From NCBI GenBank assembly GCA_013239625.1, contig MU053557.1, positions 5,405,842-5,469,841 on the forward strand: a stretch of DNA of 64,000 nucleotides, in the 5' to 3' direction. The notes below the pieces were generated by a model. The model was not told the origin of the DNA and made no database searches. It saw nothing but the letters and a program-made list of their open reading frames with translations. Made by a program: the position numbers and the translations under genes. The stretch's first letter is position 1. Each line of letters opens with the position of its first letter. The DNA is from Lama guanicoe. Its lineage: Eukaryota. This document shows, one piece after another, positions 13,698 through 26,200 of this stretch.

Positions 13698-14792
13698 CTT
13701 TGGGAGAAGAGGCATCAGACATCAAGGCACGATCGTATCAGCCCCCTCCCCGCAGACGGGGAACACACCTCCCTAATCCACAGGAACACAGACTGGAAGC
13801 CAGGGTTCTGAGACCTGCCCGTCCAGGGCCTGGTCCCCAGGGACTCCTTCTGGCCTCCTGGCCTCCTGATCTCCAAGCCTTTAGATCCCCAGCCTTGGAG
13901 TCCTTCTGCAATGCAGCATTCAGGCTGCAGGCATGTTCTAGCAAAGGCATCAGGAAATCCTCGGGAAGCAATTCCCAGGCCTCCGGTTCCTGCATTACTT
14001 CCCAGGTCACTCTCGGAGCCTCTTCCCTGCGGCTGCCTCAGCTGCCCAGGTTCTGTCCAAAGCCCAGAGATGGCCCTTTGGGGAGGTGGTGGCCACGGTA
14101 GTCCAGAGTGGGGCAGACTGAGGCAGCCCTGGAGGCTGAAGGGGGCTGGGGTTGGGAGGAAGTCAAGGGACTGATCTCCCCTCTCCCTTCTGACAGCCCC
14201 TGGGGAAGGATTCTGTGAGCCACACCCTCCTGTCTCGGCAGGGCACACTGGAGGTGAAAATACGGAGGGGGCACTGACAGGTGGGTGCTCGGCCAGCTAG
14301 TCAGTCATCTTCGGGGGGGCCTTTGGCTGGTCACTGATTGCCTGGTCAGCACTGACTGCCTGGAGAAGCCCAGCAGGACCTGGGGGCTCACAACCAATGA
14401 GGGGTCCAGGCCGGGGAGGGGAGTCCCACACCAGAACCAGACTGGCCAAACTGATAACAATGAGTGCTGAGGAGAGATGGGAGACCAGGGTGACTGTTAG
14501 GGACTGGGGTGGGGACAGGCGGTGAGGGGCATGGGATATGGAGGGCCAAGCAAAGGATTTGAGTGGATGGCTCTGGACGAGCAGGGGCTCACTGTGGTTT
14601 CTGAGCTGAGGGGTGGGGGGTGGAAGGAGGCCTCCACTGAGACCCACTGAAAAGGCGGGAAATTGAGGCTTAAGAGCAGAGCAGTGGCCCTGGGCTCCCA
14701 GGCCCTGGCGCTAGCGTGTGCCACCCTGTCAGCTCCAGGGTCTTTGTTAGTGGCTCCCCAGGGTCCTCTCCCCTCACCCCCAGTCCACCTAC

Positions 14793-14832
14793 CTTTGAGG
14801 ACAGGAGCAGGCATGGCACTCGGAAGCCACAT
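14793..14832 (-). CDS. PDGFRB: PDGFRB exon 2 coding part (MWLPSAMPAPVLK-G); exon spans 14793-14838
   Basis: ctgcag|gataccATG... and |gtaggt donor; the 40 coding nt give the phase needed for exon 3. Confidence 0.93.
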
Positions 14833-15641
14833 GGTATCCTGCAGAGGTAAAGAGGAGTCAGGACCCAGAGTGGTCAAAGGCAATGCCAGGGTTCATCTTT
14901 CCTGGGTCCTGCAGAGTCAGCCCCAACCTGAGCCACCCAGCCTCTATCCATCAGGCTAAAGTCAAAGGCCACCCACCCCCAACACCGAGCGGGCACTCAT
15001 GCCAAGGGGCTCCCCTTCTCACGCTGGGCCCAGCCCCAGGCTGCCTGGGCCCTGCTTTGGCTCTGCCTCTACCTCTCTGGTGACTTGGCTGAGGCCCCGG
15101 CTTCTCTCTGGGCCTTAGTTTCTCTGTATGCGCAGCAGGGGTAGGGGCTTGGGCTGGATGGTATCCAGGGACCCGCCAGCTCTAACAGTCCTTGGGGTGA
15201 CAGTTCCAATACCAGGCTCTTATCTGCCAGGACAAATATTTGGGAAAGTGTGATGAAAGGCTTGGGGGGGGGAAGAGGGGGTAGGCCAGAACCCAGAGAA
15301 CTCCCACAGCTCCACAAGCACAACAGGAAATGGAGGCGGCTGTGGGAAGGGAAGCGGGGGAGTTGGGGCTGCGGAATGTAGGGGGGGTCACCTCCCCATG
15401 CCTGGCCCCCTTTATTCAGCCCCAAGCTGCACAGGGAGGCCCAGGGGGAGGGGCCCGGGTCTGGGCCCACGGGAGGCCCAGCAAGGTTTCAGAGATCCTT
15501 GGAGACTACAGAATCCAAGCCCCCCACCACTGCCTCCAGTGTCCAGATGGGGAGACTGAGGCTCTGAGAGGGAAAGATTGCCTGAGGCTACACAGCAGAG
15601 CTTGTCCTGGAAGGAGACAAGGAGAACTGGAATGGTGGAGG

Positions 15642-15740
15642 TAGAGAGAGACAAAGACACAGAGAGACAGAGAGAGAGGAAACATCCAGCGACGGACTCA
15701 GAAAGAGACAGAAGCAGGGACATGGAGAGAGAGACAGACA
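15642..15740. repeat. (GA)/(GACA)-rich simple repeat
   Basis: agagagagacaaagacacagagagacagagagag... Confidence 0.75.
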
Positions 15741-18700
15741 ATACTGGGGGGGTCTTTGCCCTATTCCTGCCCTTGGCAGCTCCATCCGAGAGTCCCAAAT
15801 AACCAACAGCCAGGCTTGCAAAGGTCTGACTGTAGCATCAACAAGAAGGGGGCCAAAAGTGGGCAGGGGGGTTGTAGAGCAAGAAACATGGGAGACACCA
15901 GGTGACAAGGTGACAAGGAGACCTGGGTGCTGTGGGACCGCTGACCTCTCTGAGTGGCTGCCCAGCCTGGCCCGGTCCCTAAGGTCATGCCCGGCTTGCC
16001 CCCACTCCACTCCCATCTCACCCCTTCTAGTTCCCAGGCCAGGGCTGGGATCTGGGCTTGAGTCCCAGCAGGGCTACCGTCTTCGCCATCACTATCTCAG
16101 TGGCCTCAGTCTCCAGCTCTCAAAGTGGTGGGACGGCAAGTGTACCACTTCCAGGGCTGCATTTACACGGTAGTCATGAGACAGAAGCAAGGCTCATAGC
16201 CTGAGGACTGCCATCTCAGCTCTGCCCAGCACCCCAAGAAGCTCTGAAAGGATCTGCTCTCCTCCTCCTCTCCCCATCCCTTCAGACCAGCTTGCTGGAG
16301 GGTCCCCTCTCCCTTCTCCCAATCGCTTAAGATTCAAAGCCCAGCCAACGATGTGAGGACCCCTCCTCAGCTCCCCCCTCTCCCATCCCTCCTGCCCCAG
16401 CCTTCCAGCTGGATGCCAGGCTCCTCCAGCAGGAGGGAGCAGCGCCATGGCGGAGCCAGCAGCCCCCACGGAGGCCCATCTGCCCCTTGGTGGGTGCCCC
16501 TCTGGATCCCCTCTTCCTGCCAGAGATCTCAGCCAAAGAAAATCATTAGCAGTGGGGGCTGGGGGAGGGGATCATTTCAGCCTCCGTGCCCCTCCCCTCC
16601 CAGCCTCCCTGGCTGGCCACACTGTTTATTATTCTAAAGGAGGAATTTGGTCGGCTGGCCTGGAGATGGGAGGTCACTGCAACCAGGGCTGCCTGGCTCT
16701 GGAAGGTTGTGGGCTGGGGCCCCCGGATGAGCAGCCCCCGACCCTGGCTCCTCTCCCCATAGTCCTGGAGCTAAGGGGGCTCAGAGTCTCTGAGACTCTG
16801 AGTTGGGAGGGGACTTCTTGAACAGGCAGCAGAGGCCCAGAGACAGACAGAGCCATGGCCCAGTCACACAGCAAAAAGGCAGAATCAGGTGGCAGGGTGG
16901 GGACAGGCTGGGCAAAGGAGCTCAGGGAGAATGTAGCCACCTTAGGTAGAGCATAGCTAACCAGGGGTTTTGATCTGGCTTCTCTCTTTATGCAGTGAGC
17001 ATTTTGCCTCTGGTCACAAGGCACTATGTGACCCACTGTGAGACTGAGTAAGTCTCCAGTCCTCTCTGGGACTTGGTTTCCCCATCCAGACGGGGAGGGG
17101 TTTAGACAGGTCATCTCCAAGAGCCATCTCTGCACTAAAACTGCCAGAGAGAAGGTTCTGGTCACTGTTATTCCTACTTTGGGGACATAGGGGCTGACGA
17201 GAGGAGGGGTTACCTTCCTGAGGCTGGCATAGAGTGAGAACTCATAACTCATCACGTTCTGTGGATTGAATCCCCTGACCCTGTGGTCCCAGATTTGCTG
17301 TGTGTACTCAGACAGGTTGTTTCCCTCTCTGGGCTTCAGTCATTCAGGTAACTTCCACACAAATAAATTGGTGATATGGATACTCAGGAGGTGGCAGGGG
17401 GAAGGGTGGTGTGGGCAACAGGCCAGTGGACTGAGAAGAACCAGAGTGGGGCTTGGGGCACCCAGACAGACCTCCTGGGCCATCTTGGGTGACTTGCTGA
17501 CACTCCAGTTGTCCACCCAATGTTTTATGGACTTCTGTGCTTCCCAAGGGCTGCTGTGTTACCAGGAACCCCAGAAGGGCTCAGGTGGCTGATGGGGTGG
17601 AGGGCTTGCCTGTGAGCGCTTCCCTTCTTCAGAGGCAGGGCTACGCTCCAGGGAGAAGCCACCTGGGACAAGGTGAATGTCATAGTCAAGGAGGAGGCAC
17701 TCCTCTTCCTGCCACACTCTCTTGTCTAGAGAGGCCCCTAGAGCAGAGAGAAGGAGGGGACCCTCAGGGACCCACCCACTTTGCCCATGAGGCAAGTGCT
17801 GTGTGGGAAGTTCTCATGGTTCCTCCTATTCTGGCAAGGTTGGGGGAACACAGATCCCAAGATGGGGTAATTGCCCAGCTCCTCACAGTGAGTCAGAGAG
17901 ACCCCTTTGGTCCAGGGGAGGACCCCAAGTCCAGGGGAGCAGCATGCTTGGGGAGTCACTCTCAGAGCCCCAGCCGCCCCTCCTTCCAGCACATACAAGT
18001 TTCCACTCCTTTCCCACTGCCTTAATCTAAATAAATCCAGTCCATCTTGGCCACATCCGCTAGCAGCAGCTTCCCTCCCTCGGGGTCCCGAGGCTCCCAC
18101 GACACAGGCAGGCCGGGGAGGGGGGCCTGTGTGGCTGCCGGTGGGGGAGGCTCGCACACGGTGAGCACGTGCGCACACAGCACAGGCTCCTTCCTGCCTA
18201 CGCGCTCGCTCACACACTGCTCTGAAACACACCCAAGTGCTGCGGGCGCCCTGTGTGCCCAGCCGTCACGCCGGCACCAGACGTGTGTACGCCCACACGA
18301 AACATGCATGCACGCAACTCCACGGGGCCCGGCACACAGCACAGACCGCCACCTCTGTGCTCTCCCACGTGCCCATGTGAGGTGCGCACACTCATGGCAA
18401 ATCACATGGGTACCCGGCACAAACAGAGCTGTGCACATACAACACGCACAGAGCATGAACACACGAGAGCCCAAACTCACCTGAACACACATCCTCATGC
18501 GGGCGCAGACAAGCCACAAAGCCAGCGTGTGTTGCACACTTACTGCACCAGGTGCTGCGTTAAGCATATAGACTCACTTGCTTCTCAGACACCACCATGA
18601 CGTAGATATAAGGATCGGTCTCATTTTAGATGGGTAAACTGAGGCAGAGGGCACTTACAGAACTTGCCTAGGAACACAGAGCAGAGACTGCTCTGCCACT

Positions 18701-19884
18701 GCTTTTCTGTTCACTTGGTTTAAACTGGGCAGAAGCCAGTGGGGACTGACGGAAACAGACGGGACTGAGATGTACCCAGCCGAGATGACAGGATTCGATG
18801 ATCAGATGTAGGGGGGGCTGGGGAGAGAGGTACCCTAAATGAGACCCACCCCTATTTCTGGCTGGGAGCACTAGGGGACAGGAGTGTGTATGTGTATGTC
18901 CTGGGGGCACAATTTCATTTTCAGAGATGAGAAAAAGGCAGAAGAGAAAGATTGAGTGCTGGCACTAAGCTGGTTTAGGATTTGGAGGGGCTGTGGGTAC
19001 CTGAGGGATGAAGGGACACAGTCTGGAGGCGGGGAACAGGCTGGGCAGAAATTGCAGCAAGATGGAGATGGGAGGAAGCCTTGCTATGAGGAGGAGGGGG
19101 TGCTTGAGGCCGCCGCCGCCAGGCCAGTCTCGGGTCAGGGATGCTCTGAATAAACAAGATGCCAGAGGGAGGAGGAGGCCTGGCCATGGGGTCGCAGGGT
19201 TACAGCCCTGGAATGTCAGAGTTCCACGGCCCTCAGGGACCATCTATCTGGTCCAACCCCTTTCCTGTGCCCCATTGTACAGATGGGAAACTGAGGCTAG
19301 GAGGACAGGGACAGGCCCCAGTGTTTTACTGTAGGCAAGCTGGGCTCAGATGCCAGTGCGGCGCTGAAGCTCACCTGACTGGCAGCCCCGGCCCTCCCCC
19401 CAGGCTCAGATGTGAGGCTGGTGACTCAAGGCCCCAGGGTTCAAACTGCAGCTGCTACCCCCTCCCTCCCCACAGAATACCACCGCCCCCACCTTGCCAC
19501 ACGGAGACATTTACACCGAAGTCATTTTCCTTGCACTGTCTCAGCCAGGCAGGTATTGGAAACCGAGACTCAGAGGAGGGGACCTGCTAAATGGCTGCAG
19601 AAGTGGGACACAGACTCCAGTCTCCCCGCCAGCGGTTTAGTCCTCTGTCCTCCACACCGCGGACACTTCACAGCTCCTGGGACAAACTGCAGAGGCAGAT
19701 CCCTGGCTGAGAGTAAGGACATGGGTTCTAGCTCAGCTCTGTCACCCATTTGTATGGTTCTGCCCCTCTCTGAGCCTCGGTTTCCCCATCTGTACACAGG
19801 GTGGGCGGGGCTGTCCTGGGAGCACTTCCAGGGCTGACATGTTGTGACTTTCAGGACCCTGCTCTGGAAGCAGCTGTACTGAGT

Positions 19885-20238
19885 TGGAATGCTGGGGTGG
19901 GGGTGGGGTGCTGGGGAGGGGCCCGGGCCAGGATGTCATGACTCAGCTTGAAGAAGGCTGCCAGCTCCAGGCCTGGGAGTGTGTGGGGGCAAGAGGCATC
20001 TGGAGCCAGAGAATGAGTCCTCCCGCCAGCAGCTGGGAGAGTACGAGGGTGATGGCAGCAACTGGAAGGCTGGGGTGGGGGTGGGGTGCTGGGGAGGGGC
20101 CCGGGCCAGGATGTCATGACTCAGCTTGAAGAAGGCTGCCAGCTCCAGGCCTGGGAGTGTGTGGGGGCAAGAGGCATCTGGAGCCAGAGAATGAGTCCTC
20201 CCGCCAGCAGCTGGGAGAGTACGAGGGTGATGGCAGCA
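19885..20238. repeat. Tandem duplication, period 178 bp (identical 170-bp copies at 19891-20060 and 20069-20238)
   Basis: Direct comparison of the two copies; the duplicated peptides also appear in ORFs 19851..20117 and 19936..20283. Confidence 0.95.
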
Positions 20239-23200
20239 CAGGCTGGACCTGGCAGAGCGCGTGGCCACGTGGCCTTGCCCCAAGTGGTCTGAGACGTAGG
20301 TGTGCGCTTACCGCATGGGCAGGGGAGCCCCGCCCTGGGGGCCAGGAGGAGAGCAGGGTCCGCTGGGTTGGGAGATAGTTACAGGCAGGAAAGGGCTGAA
20401 GCTATGGGGCTCCCATCTGCCCCCTCAATCTTATGCCTCTTCCATTGGTGAAGGTTTAACATTCCGCCCTACACAATGTATCTCCCTACAAACCTCAGGA
20501 TCACATTAAGGGCACAGCGGGTGAGCAACCTGACCCAAATCATACAGTGGTGCAGCTCAGTCACCCAGGCCCAACTCTGCCACGGTGCTTCTAGACCCAG
20601 AGGGCTTTTCCTGCTTTCCAGGTACCTATGATGTCCCCAAAACAAAGCAGCAGAAACCAGCTAAGTTGGGGCTTGGCATGGGATCCAGCTGTGGGAAGTC
20701 CAAGTGGATGCAAGAACAGTGCCAGTGCGGTGGACCGTCACTCTGATCCCCCTACCCTGCCCCCTCCAGCACAAGCTTGGTGGCCTCTGGCTGCTGCACT
20801 GCACCACCCGCCTCCCATCTCACCTCCAGTCTGTCTCCTCCCACCTGTTCTCACACCCTAACCGGAGGAACATTTCTGAAATCTCTATCTGACCATGTTC
20901 CTCCCTGGCACCTTCACGGCTCTCCAGCCACCCGAGGTAAAGGCTCAGCCCTTAAGAACCTTCACTCCCTGGCCCTACTGACAGCCAGCTCATCATGACA
21001 GAGGGAGGGAGGCTGCTGCCCGCCCAGCTCCCCGGGGGCCCCAAGTGAGGCTCCGATGCTCTCGTCACTCACTCTGTGCTCCTCTCCCCAGGAGGCCTCC
21101 CCAGGGCCACAATGGAAAGAAATGACCTATTTTTTGGAAGTTCAAAATAAAATGAAACATCTGTCTGGATTGGAGCCAGGCTGATAAAGAACGGACTGAT
21201 CCCCCTAGTCTGAGCCCCCCTCCTGCCGCCCACCCCCTCGCCCACCAGAGAGCGTGCGCCAGGAGCTTGGGGGGGGTGCAGGCCCAGCTACTTGGAACAG
21301 TTCGTGGGAAAGCGCTCAGTGTGTGCCTCACGGCCGCTGGGGGCCCAGGGGAGGGGGCCTGGGTCCCCACGTGGGCAAGGAACCAGCTTAAGAAGGAGGT
21401 CAGGGAGGGAGGGAGGCCCACTGCACACCCCTGTCCACCCACCCACCAGCAGAACAAACGCTTCCTGCCTCCTCTGGTGCCTCACTGGCCTCCCTGCTCG
21501 TCCCCATGGCCACCCTCTGGGCCATATGGCCCGGCTCTGCCCAGGCCCGGTGCAACCCTAGACCAGAGTCCTCTGGATGCCAGCTGGGCCCACAACAGCC
21601 CCTTCAGAAAGGAACAAGGACTTCGAAGTTCTTGAAAATAACAAGAAGAAGAACAGTGACCTGTGATTTAGTTTTCAGTACCCAGCACCAGGGATCGACC
21701 CTTAATGTGAATGATCTCAGAACAATCTCTGACATTAGTGTTGCTTCTGCATTTTGCAGGTGAGGAAAGCAAGGCACACAGAGCTTACATCATTTGCTCA
21801 AGGTCACGGGGCTCACCAGTGGTGAAGCTAGTGCTCAACTGTGGGCAGACTGACCCCAGAGCACATGGGCTCGACACCCATGTGACAGCCTCTCTAAGGC
21901 AGGAAGCAGAGATGACAAGCCCGTGCCTGGCACACAGCACGAGCTCAGTACACAAGTCACCAGGCTTGTTGTTCCACTGCTCTGTTCTCCAGCCTCCCCT
22001 TCAGTCCATGCTCTCTCCCTTTAGCTGGGTGAACCTGAAACTGGCAGAACAAGAGGGGAGAACTTTTGCAGAGCCCTACAGTCTGAGGGCTGGGAAGGCT
22101 GTAAGTCACGTCTCCCCCACCCTCTCTGCAACAAAGGGGTTGTCCAGCTTACAACTGCACACCTCCCATGACAGGGATCTCACCACCTCACCCGAGGCCC
22201 ATTCCATTCTTGGACAGCTCCGGATCCTCAGAGGCCAGCCTATTGGAAAATTTTTATTACACTGAGCACAATCTGTCTCACTGTATCCTCTACCCGCTGG
22301 TCCTGCTTCCATTCACCAATGCCAACCCAGGACATCTCTCATCCCATTCATTGTTCCGATGCCCCACGATCTGAAAAGAAACAATAGTCCTTACTAATTT
22401 GGAGCTAGGCACTCTGCTAAATGAGATGACCTGGGGATTTTGTTTTATCCTCATAAGAATCTGATGAGGAAGATACAATCATTATTCCCATTTCACAAAG
22501 GAGGAAACTGAGTCTCAGAGAGGTATAGCTACTTGCCCAAGATCACACAGCCAAAAAGTAACAAGACAATGAGAAGCTGGGATGCAAACTCAGGCCTATC
22601 TGACTCCAAACCTGTATTCTTAACTGCGATGCTAAACTACCTAACTTCTGCCCAGAAACAGGTCTGTTCACAGAGAAATACTCCCACATGGGTTTACCCT
22701 AGTGGGGTCCACACAGGGGCAGTGCCCAAGCAGGTCTCTGGCCTACCTTGAGGCCTGTCCCAAAGGCCCCTGAGACAGAGCATCCCAGCAGTCAGGCTAG
22801 CTGTTTGGCCAGCTCTGCCATAGGCCTGCTGCGCTCATGGTCCAGGCCTGCCCCTGCCGGGGCCCCAGCACCCCCTTCCACTGTTCGCAGAGGGCCTGGG
22901 GGCCTCTGCAGCTGCAGAGTTCCAGGCCTCCACCATCCTTCGGCTGCCCTCCGTGCACACCCCCCTAGCGCCTCATCTCCGGCCGGTGCCATGGCAACAG
23001 AGAGCGCCAGTCCCTGGCAGCCAGAGGAGCCCCCGAGAGGGGTCCCAGGCTGAGGCTGGGGAGGGGGGTGCGGCAGGCGCAGACAAGCAAACCTTCTGTT
23101 CCCCCGGCTGCTGCCAGCCCGGGATCAGCCCTGGGCCAGGGTGGGGGCCACGCAGAGAATGGGTTCTCAGAGCCAAGTGGGCAGGGGGCAGGCAAGCCTC

Positions 23201-26200
23201 GGCCGTTCGCACTGACCTACCAGCACACGGCCTTCCCCCATCAGCCCAGAGCCCGCAATTTGGGCAGGGCCGCAAGCTAACAAGAACCTGCCATTAATTG
23301 GTGCCAATTACAGAGCATTGAGATTCCCCTCAGAGGTCTCCTGGGCGGCAGAGCCAGAGCGGAGAAAACTCGCTTGTCGCAGCCCCCTCTCGCTTTCTCA
23401 GCATCTCTTCCCTCGCCCCTTGCTTCAGTCACTCACCCCCGAGACTCCCACGTACTGTTACTCAGCCTTCCTGTGCCTCGGGTCCCCCATCAATGAAGTC
23501 AGGGCTCCTGGTCCAGGCCTTCGAATGAGTTAATACAAGTGAAATGCTGAGAGCAGGGCCTGGCACACAGCCCTGGGCGAAGTCAGGGCCACGTGATTCT
23601 TCTTCATTCACTCACGGGAGAGTAAGTCACTCATTCACTCACTCACTTGGCCTTGAGACCCCGCTAGGCTAGGCCTGTCAGCAAAGGGATGCCTGTGGTA
23701 AACGAGGTGGTGGGAAAGCCAGGAGGGGAGCTGCTCTTGTCAGCAGGCTCTGCTCGGCTGGGGGCGGGGTCTCCTCCAGGCGGACTCAAGGATTTAAAGG
23801 CCAACGCAGGACCAGAACCCAAGTCTAACGACTCCCAGTCCTCTGTCTGCTGACCAGCTCTTTCCTCTACCTTTGTCTTAATTTGATTTTTCACAAATAA
23901 GGAATCTGGGGGAATGCCTTCAAGTTCCTCACACGGGATCAGATTTACAGTAGGTACTCAGTAGATGCTTACACAGCATGAGAGATCAAATGGCTGTGGA
24001 GGGTCAGCCCTTCTGGTCCTCAGCAGCCCCCTAATAACTCAGGACTCAATGGGCTGGGAAACTGGGATGGGTAGGTGACAGCGAGAGACCAGAGAGGTGC
24101 TGGGCTGGGCTGGTGAGGGGGCAGAACAGACCTACGGGACGTGCGGTCCCCCCAGGCAGGCCAGGGGCAGCAGTCCCGGCTAGAAGCCACCAAGTCCAGG
24201 TCTAAGAACCAGCCCTACTACCTCATCACTGTGTGACCTCTCTGAGTTTGACTTCCCGGGTCTCCATTTCCTGGAAGACAGCAAAAGAGACATCCTTTTC
24301 CATTGCTGTGAGGGTTAGAGGTGACGATGAAAAGCACCTGACTCATGATAGGTGTTCAGTACGTGGGAGCTACTGTGATTATATGATGATTTCAGGGCTA
24401 GGGGTAGCTTGAGTTGGCTTCTTTGGTGGATGATGCCAAGGAAGGGTATTCCACAGGAGCTCTGTGTGAGCAGTTAAGAAAGTGGGAGCTCTCCAGGCAT
24501 CTGGGTGAAATGGTAGGGAGAGATCTTTAGGCTAGAATCTGGGGCTCTTCAGCAAAGAGGCAGGTGACGGGCAGAGAGGGAGGGCAGAGGTCACACTGGG
24601 ATAAGTCTGGGGTGCTGAGGAAGGATATGGGCTTTGCACCGGAGGCACTAGGAAGCCAGTTTGTTGGGGCATTGATGGTGAGGTTTGGGGAGCTAGCTGC
24701 TGGCTGGACAGTGATAATGGTGCAACTCCAAGCACTTTTGGGGGTGCGGACCTCCACAGAGGAGAGTGACAGGAGTAGGTTGGTATTTTGTGGGAGGGCG
24801 TGGATTAGAATGGGGACAGTGGAGGCAGTGAGGCCAGTCTTGGGGGTGAAGCCATCTCACACCCAGCCTGAACTCCCTGTGGGGCCAAATGCCAAATGCA
24901 AATACAGGGACCCTAGTTAAAAAACTATTAAGCATTTCAAGGCAAGGCCCTTCTAAGCATGGAGTCCTCTGTGACTGCGCAGTTTGAATGCTTATGAAGT
25001 CACCTCTGCTCCCTGGACTACAGGGGAGGCCACTGGTCCATCCATCCGTCCATGCATCCGCCAACCTATTTATCCATCTCTCTGTACATTTACTCCTTCA
25101 CTATCCATTCAGCAGACAGGCCCCAGTCTGGGGGCTGATAAGGACACAAATACAGGTAAGACGGGAGTAGTCCACAGTCTACTGAGTCACACCTGAGCCT
25201 TCATGCCCCATGCTCTGGGCTAGGAGAGGCCCAGGATTCAGTGACAGGTTTGTAAATCTGAGCCCCACCCTCTGGGACTAACCCTGGAACCCACCTCCCC
25301 ACGCCCTCTTAGACCCATGGAGAAGCTGGTGAGGGGTGTCACAGCCCTTAACTTTCCACTTCCTGGGACAGACGGTAACCAGGGCAGCAGCAAGATGTGA
25401 AACAGCCACACGAAGCCTGGCAGGGGCTAAGGGCAGAGCTGGATGGAAACTATGGCGTCAATGAGCTGTCCACTTTCCCCTCTCCTCACTTTATGTAAAA
25501 GGAGATTATGGCCAGAATGGAGAAGTAATGTAACCAAAGGCTCCGTGGTCCACAAGACAACCCAGAGGGGTCTCATCCCTCGTCAGGATGGCGTTGCTCC
25601 TTTTCAGCCCGAACTCTGCTCCACGGCCGCACCCCAGGGGAAGCAGGAGCCCGAGCCTTGGACCACAGAGGTGGGTGGTGAAGATTCAGCACATGAGCTG
25701 GCACAGAGGAAAGTCCAGGCCTGCAGGCCGGGTCCCAGGCTCAGTGCTATCGCTGACCATCTGTATGACCTGAGGCACACCCCTCCTCTTCTCTGGATCT
25801 TCATTTCCCACCAACACAATAAACAAGTTGAACTAGGGTGGCCCCAAAAGTCCTTTTCTCTCTGACCTTCAAGAACTGCCTGACCCCTTGGCCCTACTGC
25901 CCTCACCCCCCAAGGGACAGCCCTTTCCATCACAGGGCGGAGAAGCTGGTACCTCTGGCAGATGAAAGGTCTCAGGCACCTGAGACATTAAATAGCTTTG
26001 CTCTGAAGTGAGGAGAAGAAAGGGTACTAATGCAGTTAAAGCAATACACTTTCATTTTCAACCTCCTGCATCAGGATGGGGGTGGGGTACCCCAGGAAGC
26101 CCCTGGGAGTGGGGGATCCTGGGGCCATGGCCAGGGGGGTTTCAGGGAGCTCTTTTGCCTGAGGGTTCTGGGCCTGAAGTCTTGGGAGGGGCTTGAGGTG

